The notes below the pieces were generated by a model that did no database searches, had not been told where the DNA came from, and saw only the letters and a program-made list of their open reading frames with translations. This document shows, in pieces, positions 13,348 to 26,445 of a stretch of 64,000 nt of DNA. Within the stretch, counting starts at the first letter, position 1; the number at the start of each line of letters is the position of its first letter. The position numbers were made by a program, and so were the translations under genes. The DNA comes from Takakia lepidozioides (lineage: Eukaryota > Plantae > Bryophyta), in contig CM060732.1 in assembly GCA_030704615.1 (NCBI GenBank), positions 79,050,001 to 79,114,000 of the forward strand, in the 5' to 3' direction.

Positions 13348-13365
13348 TGGTGGAGATGCGGGGTA
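13348..13365 (+). promoter_or_regulatory. Primer-binding site complementary to tRNA-Ala 3' end
   Basis: TGGTGGAGATGCGGGGTA is the reverse complement of the plant cytosolic tRNA-Ala(AGC) 3' end including CCA (tRNA sequence from memory). It abuts the LTR-terminal CA. Confidence 0.85.
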
Positions 13366-13647
13366 GAGAATGTCGTTAATCGAGAATTTAGCTGGTACGA
13401 AGCACCTGAGGGCAATGGATCGCGTACGGGGATCTGGCATGATTGCAGAGAGAGGAGATAGCAAAATGGCGGCTTGGGTGTTTTGTGCAGTGAGGGAGAA
13501 AGAGAGTCTGTCTACTCAAGCTTCCTTGTGTTTTGAAATTTTCGTGAGCAATGACAGCCTAGATTTGTTCTAGGAAACACCCAACTCAGCTTATCACACT
13601 AGTTATGTTGGATTGCATCTGCTACTCTCTGTAATCCAACAGACATT

Positions 13648-13720
13648 CACCTTTTTGCCTCGATTGTCCCACCATTGACTGGGGTTAGAAAAGTATTCAT
13701 TCCACAACTTCTGTTGCGGG
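13648..13720 (-). pseudogene. OSB/PDF-motif fragment
   Basis: QQKLWNEYFSNPSQWWDNRGKK resembles the PDF motif of organellar ssDNA-binding proteins (LWxxFFxNPxxWWDNR). Appears as an isolated exon-sized piece. Confidence 0.6.
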
Positions 13721-15863
13721 GACAGTGAAATGGAATGGGAACCAGAAAACATCAGGAACATGGAAAACCACCCTCCAAAACTGCCAAGCATTCATCTAAA
13801 CCTGAAAACTTGCAAAACCATAAGATGGTCCCTATTGTTTGTATCTGAGAGATATACCCATGGACTGTTCCTATTATGAAAAGCAGAGGCAGGGGGAGCA
13901 GCGTACCTTGGCACCAGTGAGAACAATTTTGCCAGATACAAAGATGAGGTGTACAATCTTGGGCTGCTTCATTCTATAAATCAACCCTGGAAACAATTAG
14001 AACTAGGATTATTTCTTGTGACGCCAGTTCATGATGTCGTCCTAGGCTCTATCGAGTGACGAAGCTCGTAAGTCAGGGGCGCCTTCAACAAGCTGGGAGC
14101 TCATGTGACTAGGAAGTGTCACACTCTGAGTATCCTAAGCAAAGAAGTCCTCACCAACCCCATGTGGAATTGAATTGAGAAATAAAAGTTGTCCATTTGT
14201 CCTAAGAATATTTGACAAAAGCTGATCCTATATCCCCAATACTTTCACAGCTTCCATTAGCAAATTAGTATAGATCATGTGATTAATCATGCGTTGTTCC
14301 GTCCCGTTCCGTTTCATTAAAACATAAAAAAAAACTAAAAACATTATATTTTATAATTTATCGGATACTATTGAGGTTTTATGTATATTTATCACAGATT
14401 TTAAATCATATCATTTATAAATTTTCATAAATTTAGATATAGTTTGTATCCTAGGAAAGCAAATTTAAATTATTGCAGTCAATAAACTATAGACATCCTC
14501 CAACTAATTGCCGATGTTATTTTTCCTCTCGCAACTCCTCTTTTTTAATTCAATTCCAAGGGTTTTGTAAAGAGGAAAACAGAAAAAAACCATTTTTATT
14601 TTATTTTTATCCAATAATTATATTCTGAGTTGTATTGTAGATATTCTACAAGTGAATTCCCTATCAACAAAATAATTATAAATAGTCGTGACTTCTTTTC
14701 ACATGCAATTCCAATTCACAATTATCAGTATCATATCTAGTATTACAAACATGGACCATAAATCTGTATCTGTTTCTTATCTAATTATATTATTTGCTAC
14801 CAACATATCTCATCAACGCCTCTCATCAACTAGGATGAGCCATTCTGCGACAAGCTGCTTGTTTCTAAGTATTTATTTCTTATAGAGAACATTGAACTTA
14901 TCGCTGAATCACCAAAATAAGAACCCTCAATCATAGTGATAGAAGAAAATAATCTCTTGCAAGGTTAAGAGCTTTATTCTACAGGAGGATTATCTTGTAC
15001 AAGTGCGGTATGCAGAATCCGCAAGCTGGCCGATTCTGCATGTCGAATCGGCAGTGGCTGCGAAGGGAACCATGGGATCCTCAGCTTGCTAGGGCTGATT
15101 CTCCTAGGCAGAATCATGCAACTGCTTTTTACAAGTTTATCTTGAAATGGCGCTGGCCCATTCCCGCCACAAAAAGCACAAATTCCCAAATGAGGCCACT
15201 AATTACATTTGGTTATAGTGCTTTAGCCAAAACATTTGTATCGGTTTTAGAAATAAATATAGAGAGGTGGTACGAAAGTTTGGCTTGTGCCATGGTTCAA
15301 TTGGGCATGGCTCTCTGCTTTTAGCAAAGGTGGGTATCATGGCAAAACATGAATAGCCAGAAAAATGATTCATAGCACACCTACCCCATGCCCACTGTGT
15401 ACAAAGGAGGTCCCATCAAATGTGTTTCTTTTCAGCTGAAATTTTGCAGAGATATGCTTCACTCAATTATGCACTGGCATCTATTCTCGTTTTCTGTTTC
15501 CATTTGGAGAAACATTCTATTTGTCTTGTTTGAGGAGACAAACTTCATTAATATCAGCTTTGGCCCAAGATTGAACTTTATAATCTCAGAGGTCCCATGG
15601 TGAATTCTGTTTTCATTACTGAGGAAAGTGGGCATCCAATCCTATGGTGGACAGGCAGGGTTCATCCTGAATATGGAGATATGGTACCAAACGTGCAAGA
15701 AGGTCTGGTCTACCAGGCCATTTTTCCAACAACCCCGTGGTCCTGTGTAGAATCAATACTTTAGGTATAAGAGTACAAATCAAAGAGCCAAATACACAAA
15801 GAGCCAAACTCTCTCCCGTCAAAACTTCACCTTACCTTAGTAGGGTTTTGTGAAATCCTATTG

Positions 15864-18800
15864 CTATGCCCTCCCCTTTGCCTTGGGCCCTTTAGCTCTT
15901 GGACCTTTTGATCCCTTCTTGCCCGTCCCCTTCCCCTGACCCTTACCTTGTCTACCTTTAAACCCCTTGCCAGGCTTGCCAGTGTCCTTAGCCCGTGCAT
16001 CTTTCTTCAACCGCCGATCAACCACCACTCGTCCTTTTCCACCCTTGGCACCCACACCCTTTTTGGCAACCACAATTTCACGCTTAGCTCTCTTGGGTGC
16101 GGCCATTGCCTTGCTGTAGAGCCGTTCCATAGCCTTGTTCTTTGACTTAGCCGACAGATCCTCCTGGTCTGCAATGGCTGTAGCCTTTTGTCGAACCTGC
16201 TCCAACTTTTTAACTGCCCGGCGCTTCTTCCGAGCCTTGGCCTCCGCAACTTTCTTAACAGGACGAGCATCAATGGCACGGAACTGTGCCTGCATATATT
16301 TGTTCATGGTCGTGAGCGTTGTAACATTCTATAAACACCAGATAGATTTCAACTCCACATAACAAAACAAAGAAATATATCAGATGGATGCTAACAAGCC
16401 TTCCTTGCTCTCTAGGTGTAGCACTGATGACTCACTAACAGGGAAAGGTCAGCCCAGTGGAGCAGCTGCCCCACAAAGCACCATAACCAAAGAAATCCAA
16501 ACTACCCTGTCTTCGGAACAACCCCTAATACAACACAACTGTTGGTTCCCAGATGCCCGTATCCATAATCCAGCTTCGTCATCCTACTACTTGAAATCCA
16601 CAGGAGACACTTCCATATGAAGAGGGACATACCTTCATGGCTTCAACCTCGTCCTTAGTGATGGGCTTCTCTGGCTGTGAATGCTTCTTCTCGTCGTCTG
16701 CAAACCAGCGCGGCAAACCAACATCATCAAACGTATAGCGATTATATGCCGCATCGATGATTGACTCACGACTCTTCTTCCGTAACATTTTCTTGGCGTA
16801 GGCCAAGATCTCGGCTTTGCCATTGTCACTGTCCTCGTCACTATCCTCTGAAGTATCACTATCGCTTGAGTCGCTTGAGTTGGCCGGTACAATTTCGAAG
16901 TCATCCTTGTCTATCCCAGCATTTTCCAGCACAGATGACCGTTGGGGGATGCCATTGGCAATGCACCCACTGTCTGTGGGCAGAGTCTCTACATCTGCAT
17001 CATTGGCAGCCCCCTCAAAAATGGGATCCTTGAGAGCATTTCTATCTTTCCCCTTTATTACTTCATCGTCACTGAGATCCCCTAGAGTGTCAAATCCTGC
17101 AAATACGTCTTGACTAAACCACTGCTGTGCCATTTGCTCTTTTGAAAGTTTTGCCTCATCAGCCAATGGAACCACCAAAGGATTTGGCTCCTGTTGATCT
17201 TCATCAGACTGGTCACCTAGCTTCCCATCATTCGTTGTTCCTGTTTGATCAGCCTGCAGAAAAAAACCCCATTACTATTGTTCGAGGGCTGCAAACCAAG
17301 CAGAGGCCAGGTTCGTACAACAACTGCGGCAGACGAATCCATGGAACTCTGTAAAACTGAAATAATATGAAGGACTAGCTTACCTGCCAAAGCTCACCAT
17401 CCTCCTCAGCACCAGCCAGCTTCGCACGCCTGCGGCGTTTGGTGCTGCCCTCTGTTGCCGAACAAAACTGATCGTAAGCACGTTCCAGATAATCGTCCAG
17501 CTCTGCATCATATCTACCGAGTCCCCAACAGCGCCCAGATGTCAAAGGAGACTGACAGGACCCCAATATTTTCCGATTCATATCATTCTAGCCAAACTGC
17601 CAATATATACTAGGTCTCACCTCCTGCTTTCAGATAATTCACCCCACCTGTAACTAGATAGTGTCCAGATAGCTCTTTACTGTACACAATCCTGTTCCAT
17701 AGGTATGTTCTAATGTGTTTCGAAGTCATCTTTTGTATCTTGTAGCTGTGGCCTGGACAAAAGCTACAAAGGAAACATATCACCTGTGAGTGCTTGAATA
17801 GCCAGCCAAACAAACCAGATTGACAACTTGATATGACTTCAACTCAAAACAGTACTTCACTTAAATAAAAACCAAAGCCCTCAGATTGACCAAAAGATGG
17901 GTGCCAGAGAAGGTTGAGAAGACCTGAGCTAATAAATGCTGTGCTTTCTAAGACTGACTGCTTGAGTTCCATACAACTCTGTTGCATAGATCTTCAACCA
18001 CAACTAGCACAGATATTGGGCCATTGCCCCGGATTTGAGTGCATCAGAAGCCATTGACCATTCAGTGGTAGCCGGGATACCGCACATACTTTACTATACA
18101 AATAAATTTGTTAACCATATCTTTGGATATAAATGGAGTAAATGTGATTGACGTTTGTATCTCTTAGCTGTTGTTTCAGCAAAGCCAGGAGGGAAAGGTA
18201 TCACAATTGCTTTATGGAGTACTTAAATAGCCAACCATAAAGTCAGATTGACCATCATATAAGGACCCCGGACCTTAGTGCATGATTTATGAACAAAGTA
18301 AATCTAGTCCACATACAGATAAATTTGCTAACTGCATCATTGGATGTAAATGGAGTAAATGTGATTGACGTTTGTATCTCATAGCTGTTGTTTCAGCAAA
18401 GCTAGGAGGGAAAGGTATCACAATTGCTTTATGGAGTACTTAAACAGCCAACCAACAAGACAGATTGACCACGATATAAGGACCCCGGACCTTAGTGTAC
18501 GATTTATGTACACAAGTAGATCTACTCCACAAACAAATAAATCAGCTAATCGTATCTTTGGATGTAAATGCAGTAAATGTGATTGACGTTTGTAACTATA
18601 GCTGTTTGTTCCAGCAAAGCTAGGAGGGAAAGGAATCACAATTGCTTTACGGAGTACTTTAATAGCCAACCAACAAGACAGGTTGCCCATGATGCAAGGA
18701 CCCTGTATCTTAGTGCATGATTTACGTAAACAAGTAAATTGCATAGATATTTGAACGCTAGTATACCTTTCACACATTGCATGGAACTTCCAAGGCAATG

Positions 18801-21800
18801 AGCCTAATTCGATATAGCTATTGGTTTCTTGCCCAGGCATTAGAGTGACCTAGAGTTCGAGTCTAGCAACGATTCAATAAGGGACACCACATACTGCTTC
18901 AGATACAACACTTCACTTGGAATTATCTTGAATATTACTGTGAGTGATGTTTGTATCTCATAACTGTGGCTTGCGCAAAAGCTACAAGGGAAAGGTATCA
19001 CCGTTACTCTGTGGAGTACTTAAATAGCCAACCAATAAGTTAGATTGACCATGACGTAAGGGCCCCAGATCTTAGTGTTTGACTGCCATGCACAGGTATG
19101 TTTCACAACTCTTCGAATGCAACTAGACGTAACACAATATAGCTTCTGGAATACCTTTCACGTTCCGCCTCAGGATCGCTGTCTTCCTCACCAGGGTCTT
19201 GTCTCGATGGGTGGGCACCATTTAACATTTCATCATCACTGCTATCACCGTCATCAGCACCGTGATCTAATGTCCCAGCATCCTCAATACGAACAAGATC
19301 CTTCTTGGCCTGTGATCACCACATGCAAAAGCTAAAATTTAGCAGGGAGGAGTTCAGTTAGGGGAGAAGAGAGAGACTATGTGGTGACCTGTCTTAGTAC
19401 ACTTTACACTAAGACGAACAGGAAGCACAGGGCCTGTCAACATTACTCGTAAAATGTCTACGTACACCATTGTATCTCAACCAAAAAAAGTGATGTAAGA
19501 GCCAACCAAACAACCAAGATGGGGAGGAAGCACACCTTGATTGCTGCAAGACTAAAAAGGTCTGTATCAGCAACACCATCTTCCATAACATCCACCTGCA
19601 TCCCTGTTGAACTGCGTGCTTTTGCCTGGGAAAGAAAAAACACCCCAAGGTATTAGAGCCTTGTCCTGCACAATGTGGAGATCACTAAGTACAACCAATA
19701 AAAGATGGACAAAGGAAGCATACTGGCCCTGTGCATTGGTCAACATGAGAGGCTAGTAAGCTCTGAAGCCATATTGAGAGGTACCTAAAGATAAAATGAG
19801 ATAGCCACTAAAGAAGATGGAAAAAACACACCGGGACAGAACAACAGGGAAACACACAGAAGAAGAAACAGAAAAAAGAGGAAGGAAACCAGAAAGAATG
19901 CTGTAGAGGATGTAGATGTACTGAGTTTCTGTCTACACAGGAAGACTCAACCAGGAGGTAGTTTGAGCATTCAAATTGTATAGAACTCCAGACAAACAAA
20001 AAGAGAGAGAGAGCGCAAGAGAGAGAGAGAATGCACTCTTAAAACGTTGTTTGCCGTAGCCTTGTGGCTATAGACCCCACGCCCGTATGCTGAAAATAAT
20101 TGAGTTCTAGTTGCACACGCCGTGGCCCTTACAATGAGATGTGGAGTATGAGTAAATTATAATCCACATTTCATGTATCAAGACTTCCAAGTCCAGACTA
20201 GGTGGCGTACACAGCCCAGTTTGTCTAACACCATTTTTGACTACCATGATTGCAATTGCAGAATAGCCAACCTTTTCTCTTGCTTTTGCCTTGCGTTTTC
20301 GATCCCGCCGTTTCTTGGCCTGTGCAAGTTCTGTGAGCTCTTCCATAAATGTTAAATCTTCTTCATCACTCTCGGCAACTTCCTTGTCCTCGCCTACCTC
20401 TAATGTTGGAGTCTTCTCAGCAGCAGGTTGCAAAGCTCTCCGAACATGCAACCGCCACCTATACCCACACTAAAGCTAACTCCTGTTAGAATTTGGATTC
20501 TCTCTCTCCCACTCTCTTTCTGCTGAGTTTTAGCCTGTGATGGCACTATCACATCTGTCGCCAAATTGGAGCTACAGAAGGCGTGCTGGAATCAACGGTG
20601 TCTTTAGGCGGATGTCATATAAGCTAGGCAATTTTGTGTCCACAAAACTGCCAAGTAATAGTGGCAAACCTTTTAATCAGTGGAGACAATATTTTGAGGC
20701 TACAGTCCCCCCTAGTACATGAAGAGTGAAGGTCCAAAAAAGTCTGACAAACCATATCAACCAGATGAGAGATATACGTCATCTTAACCAATAAAGCAGA
20801 CCGGGAAAAGTCTCTCACTTGAGAAGCTGCTTGAACTCGGTCTTTCCCAACACTCGCAGGTCCTCGCACAGGATTATTATCTGCACCAGAAACAACTTAG
20901 TGAATATAATACTGGAGTTATAAGTAACTCAATGGATGGCCCAACCCCTAACAATAGTCAGCCAAATATATGAAGCCAACCTACATCTGCAGAGAGAGAA
21001 GACGGGGCAGACGGAAGACAAGCTGATTGCTCAATAAAGTATCGCTTTACCTCCTGGATAGTGAGAGGGTGATCTTTAATGGAGGCACATGCAGGATCCT
21101 TGAAAGATATGGAAGTGACTGAACCCAGTATATCCAAGGGCTTCTCTGCCCATACAAATTCTGATGCCAAACACTCCTTTCGCAGAGTTGTGTTGCCTTC
21201 ATCATACCTGCCTTGGCCCACCTCCCCTGTAAGCTCTTTTGCCACAAATGATAAGGAACAGTTTACTGACAGACATCTTCAGAAAGTTGTTCATGCCTTT
21301 TTTCATGCCCTAGGAGATTTTGTCCTCATTAACACAAAAAACGTGCTTTCACCTGAGATGTCCCCAGGACTTAGAATAAACTAGAAGAGTATGAACAGCT
21401 TAAGCCAACCGCAACTAAGAGAGACCCAGAGAAATAGAACGAAAAAGTACCCTTCCCGGTGCCGCTTCTGTTTGCTTCCTTTCAGAACGTCCACAACCTG
21501 CCACAACAATCACCCCCAGACCGTGTCACAATTGAAGAAATACCGTCAAACGCATTTTTTCCGATCAATCGCAAGGTTGATCAACACAATTAAACCACTT
21601 CAACTTATAACAGAAAACAAACAAAATGCATTTCCTTCAAACATAATCTGGTATTGGCCAATACCAGACAATTGGGTACATGAGGCCACAGAGAAAGAAT
21701 CAGCGGCCGCATGAACAGGGCACACCTTGGGAGCTTCAACAATTTCTTTGAAGAGATGCCGGGCATCAAGGAGGCGGGGGTCGATTTTTGCTGGTGCCCG

Positions 21801-23229
21801 ATACTTCAGGCATATCACGTATATTTCTGCCGACGTAGCACGACTGGCTACAGGCTTGGTGACCTCCACCTTTTCAAACAGCTGTCACATATCGAACAAT
21901 CCACAACAAACGATTCGGTAAAAGTCAACTATATTGTGCTACGATATACTCCACCAATACAAGTTGTAAAAAAGTTGGATATTGCAACACGCTAAAAAGA
22001 GTGTCTTTCAGTCGAGGAAAGTTTGAACGGTTTATGGGGCACAGAAGGAAGAGAGACAAATGCTAGACAAAAAACAGAAGTCCTTTGAAAGATGACTCGA
22101 GCACAGAACCAACACAAAACCCAGGTAAGCCCAACTTATGCATTCCAAGTGCTGATTCATATTTACAAGAATGAGGAAATCACAACAGGCAAGAGAGAAA
22201 AGGGTGGCTCCAAGGAGGCACAGAGTGAGAGAGACACACAGACGGACAGAGAGGGGGAAGTCTTTAAAACATGTGTGCCACAGCTTTGTGGCAAGAGAAC
22301 TTCCTGATTTAAGGGGTTAACTTCTCTTACAAGGCTGTAAAGCTTCCCCTGCAAGCATAAACCTAAGAAACTATAATGAACATCCAAAGCCAAAGCTAAA
22401 ATCCTCTCACCCTGATTGACACTTGAATAGATTAGTGACCCTTCTGCCTCCTCACAAATGAAAGCAACAATGACATAGAAGGGGGCTGGTGCACAAACCT
22501 GTTTGAATGCAAAGAGAAGAGCGTTGTAGTCCTGAGACCTGAAAACCTGCACCCGCCATCGGAATTCATTCAATACTCCAGGTAACACTTAAACCCATCA
22601 TGCTCCAGTCCATCATGAACCCTGGTTATACATCTAGGGCTTGAAGCTACAGTATCATAAACCCACAACCCCTCTTATCCTGGGTTAGTAAATCCTGTAA
22701 CAAAAAAGACAGAGGTGTCTGCATTGAAAAGTGCAAAAGAAAATGCCACCTTCGTAACAAACGTGCCCCCAGGTGACAAAAAATCTGTTGCAAGCTTAAG
22801 AGAATCCAAGACAAGCGCTGCCTGGGCAGAGGCCTCCTTCGCCCACGCACCCCCCACATTCGGAGACCCATCGTGCAACACGACCTGTACCATGTCATGC
22901 TGGCGCTCTCTCAGCACCTTTTTTATTGAAGCTCGACACTTGGTGGTGGTGATATCTTCTTGCAGAGTGATAGCCCCCCGAATGGGTCGGATGGGTACTA
23001 AATCAACACCGATGATGAGACTACCCACAGGAGTATATTTGGATGCCACCTGCATCCATCCTCCAGGAGCTGCACAGAGATCCAACACAGACCGGGAGGA
23101 GCAGAGAAACTGGAACTTCCGGTCCAATTGCACCAGTTTGAACGCGGCACGAGACCGAAAACCCTGCTCTTTCGCAAGATAGTAGAAGCGATCCAGACGA
23201 CCCTTTCCTGTTGTCTTGCTCTTCCCCAT
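15864..23229 (-). CDS. SPB1: AdoMet-dependent 25S rRNA methyltransferase Spb1/FTSJ3 homolog, multi-exon
   Basis: [64 protein letters not shown]-terminal [12 protein letters not shown] and [15 protein letters not shown]. Approximate exons: 23229-22750, 22546-22499, ~21882-21727, ~21497-21451, ~21207-21050, ~20880-20819, ~20457-20272, ~19626-19537, ~19309-19156, ~17514-17384, ~17252-16633, ~16289-15864, with GT-AG borders. Confidence 0.95.
18095..18740. repeat. Intronic tandem repeat, ~217-bp unit, 3 copies plus diverged outliers
   Basis: The unit ...gtaaatgtgattgacgtttgta...aggagggaaagg(t)atcacaattgcttta(t)ggagtactt...gaccttagtg recurs at ~18140, ~18357 and ~18575. Diverged copies at ~17735-17825 and ~18945-19078. 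Confidence 0.85.
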
Positions 23230-23973
23230 GGTAGCTGTCTACTTAAATCCCAGAATCTCGGTTCTTATGTGCTTAATATCCGAACTTGTGAATCTCAAAA
23301 GCCAACCCGTGGTATGTAAAGCAGTCCCGTGCTCTCAAAACGGCAATTGATTTCAGGAGTTTTGAAGATACTATGTGGACAGAGAAATGCTACAGTTCTG
23401 TAAAGCACTCTCCCGTCCATAATAGTCAATAGTACGCTATCCCCTTCTTAAACCTGAAACCCACCACAATCTGATCAACAGCACCCTACCTGCTCACACC
23501 ACATAAGTTGCACTCTTTACCGGACCTAACTCCAAAAGCTCAAAGCCTTGAGTTCGCGTTCATCCCAAAATGACATCTGCCATAGACCCCACTTCAGAGT
23601 TACCCGCGGAAAGAGAAGAGAGAAATGATTTGCAGCTACTTTAGGGTTCTGAGTTTAGTTGCATACACGAGGTTGATTTTAGGTTATGTAGTTCATGCGG
23701 TGGCTACTTTAATTAGGGCTTCGTAATCAGGACCTGGAGGGAGAGTTTGTGAAAAGAGGGAGGGAGGTCGTCTATCTCTCACCGCACTGAGCTCAAAATC
23801 CCAGTTCAGTTAGAGCAATTTTCTGAAAAAACCTGTCTTGCAATCTGGTTCAGTTTCTAGATTCTTATCCGGGTTCTAGATTTATCCAGTGAGGAGAAAG
23901 AGTGGAGAGTGGAAGGGAGGAAGGTGCTATGGACGTGTTCCCCAGGGGATGAATCGCCTATGAAAGCAAACAA

Positions 23974-26445
23974 ATGGAGCTTCGAAGCGGAACGGTGGTG
24001 GGTTCAGGCCCGATGGCAACCATTAGTGAAGAAGGTGCAAATATGTTGGTGGAGGGGATAAGGTTGTGCTTCTCGCAGTGGACAGCATTACAGCTGGCTG
24101 TGGAGAATGAGTGGGGCGGCCGCACGTCCAAGGAAAAAGCAGTGCAGCTGCAGAGCGATATTCTAGGGTGGTTTGTGCGATCCAAAGGTCTTTCACCCTC
24201 AGTTATTGCTTTCATTTTCTTCCAACTGTGTTCCACAAGGTTGTAGCAAGAGGAAGTTGAGAAATTGAGAACAATGTGGGGAAAATTTTCCATGGCGGTG
24301 GACCATGAGAGACATGGAATGTAAGCAAGTACTGATGTGGAAGTTTTTCTCTCTATGTCTCTTTCTCGCTTGTGACTCTGAGATGCTCATATACAAAAAT
24401 TGGTTCGGTTCATACAGCAAAGCGCAAAGCTTTGGGTCTCACTCAATTTTCCAACTGCAGAGGGAGTAGTATGGAAGTTAAAAGGACCATGCTTTGCAAC
24501 GTTATTAGGTCTACCCATTTGCCATGTAGGTTGGCAAATCCAACCATGCTAAAAATTTAGGATCCAGCTTTCGGTGCTCAAAGAGAGCTTCTCAGCCTGC
24601 TCTAGAAAGCTACCGTGGCTATTCTGGGGTGTTTGGCGTACCACCCTTGAGGTCTGGACGTGATGAGTTCAAGGTCAGATGGTGGGGTCAGTTCGCATGC
24701 CTAATACCAGATACTCTAAGATGATGGACTCTACTTCTTGGAAGCAAGACTGTCCTGTTAAACAGGCCAAGTCTTGGCAGAAAAGGTAGAGGATATTTTC
24801 TAGTACCTGTATATTAGGCAGGAAGAACAGACCCTGGTAGATGAAGCTGACTGAATTGCTTAAGGCCATGTCAGAGCTTGAAGGATGTCCAAACTAGACA
24901 AAGTTAGGCATAAAACTTCCCTGAACTCGATTCCAGTTAGTGACATGGGTGAGGACGTTAAGGATGATCTGAAGGTCCTGCCTACCCTTTGCACTAGACT
25001 GAAATTTAAACTCAGGGTGGGGAGTCTACCTTTGAACAATAAATAGATGCAGGGAGGAAAGGGAGACTGTCAATGCTCGATGTGCGGGCAGCCTCCATTC
25101 AGATACGATGTCCGGAGTATTCTCATCAGAGAGTGACCCTCTTCAGGACCACCAAGAACATAGTCCCTGCACCTCTGTCCACCAACTTTCAAAATCTAGA
25201 GGCTGAGCCTAAAGCCCTGGGCCCATTGTGGTTTTATTGCTGGGCAACTCACACACAGCAGATTCATGCTTGTCTGAAGGGCTTTCTAGAGGAAATCTGC
25301 AAAGCCTGAACTAATTGTTTATACCAGGATAATTCCCACTGCTGGAGTGAGCCCCTCACAAAGGTAGTGTCTGTTCCCTCTTGTTCCGCTCAAACTGGGC
25401 GTGGGCTCTATGGCCACAAGGAGAGAGCAAACAACTTTTTAGTTACTACATTCTCTGCACATAAAAGGATTTTGTAAGCCTACACTACGAAACCTAACCT
25501 GGGATAGCTTCCATGTGGAATCAGGACCGTGGTACATTGATGACTTGGAACAACTGTTGGACGAAAGTATGATCGATCTTTTCAGCGCTGAGGCTGAAGA
25601 TGGCAGCGTTGAGGAGGTTATTTGTCTATCACTCAGTCCCCCACCCCCAAATAGGCAGGCATCTTTGTCTCTACATTTTAAAGTCTTTGATTTTCAGCCT
25701 TGATGTTTCTATTTTGAATATAGTTTTGCATATTGCCAAGGGTCTACAACAACAATACCTCCAAGCTCACAATCTGCAACTTATTTTTTGAATTGAGAAG
25801 TGTATATGCCCATGAATTCGGCTCACAGCTGGAATAGAAAGAGAGGGAGGGTTGAAGATGTATGGGGTGGGTTGTCAGGTGGCAGAGCAATTGATGGTGT
25901 TACACGAAGAGTGCACACAAGGTAACTATGACACAGTGCGGCGTCTGTCTGCTGCAGCCGATGTCAGGGGCAAGCCTGCAGTTGTTCGAAGTCAACAGGT
26001 ACTATCTTATTGTTTTGGTTCTGTTCAGCCCAATATCTTGCTTAGACATGGTGGTCAGTCAATCGTTATTGTGTCAATGGACCTCCCACGAGATTATATG
26101 ACCGCACTCACCTTCCATCTCTAAAAGCCTTCATAGATTCAGAGTTTGGGGTGCATCTAACTCGGGTTACACACGTACATGTTGGGCCTTTGTCAGCTAC
26201 CTACTGAGGGCAGCGATGATGAGGATGAAAATGTCACCGAATCAGTTGGCCACAACGACGTATCAACATCACATGCACAAGGAGAGTTTATGGACATAGA
26301 TCCCTCTCCAGAACATATTGGCCAAGTTGCATCGAACATGGGTTCAAAGGGCAAAAAGGTTGAGATTTTGACAGAGGAAGATATGGCTGATGGTTGGCAA
26401 GCAGTACCATCCAGACACAGGCGACGGAACAAGCAGATATCTTGA
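23974..26445 (+). CDS. TSR2: Pre-rRNA-processing protein TSR2 (WGG domain), 4 exons
   Basis: EGIRLCFSQWTALQLAVENEWGG, YIDDLEQLLDESM...AEDGSVEEV, AEQLMVLHEECTQGNY, and C-terminal DGWQAVPSRHRR. Exons ~23974-24187, ~25524-25616, 25879-25998, 26197-26445. Confidence 0.92.
24690..25460 (+). mobile_element. Non-LTR retrotransposon 3' fragment (CCHC-ending family) in TSR2 intron 1
   Basis: Homologous to 29750-30470, 35766-36460 and 54820-55460 (SWKQDxPVKQAK...CPxYSHQRxTLF...NFENLEAEPKA...ggctctatggccacaagg). Confidence 0.75.

Larger units (their letters stand above)
6820..13365 (-). mobile_element. Ty3/gypsy element 1 (degenerate, dUTPase-like domain, 5' repeat locally inverted)
   Basis: Minus-strand gag-like ORFs 10890-11689. 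RT [26 protein letters not shown] and YIDD (9613-10610). RNaseH QTDASDLAISAVL...TDHLPLK. INT HHCC, DLVGP, TDQGTEF, ERFNKT (7854-8907). ~540-bp terminal repeats. 4-bp TSD TGTC (12806-12809, and revcomp at 6816-6819). Confidence 0.92.
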
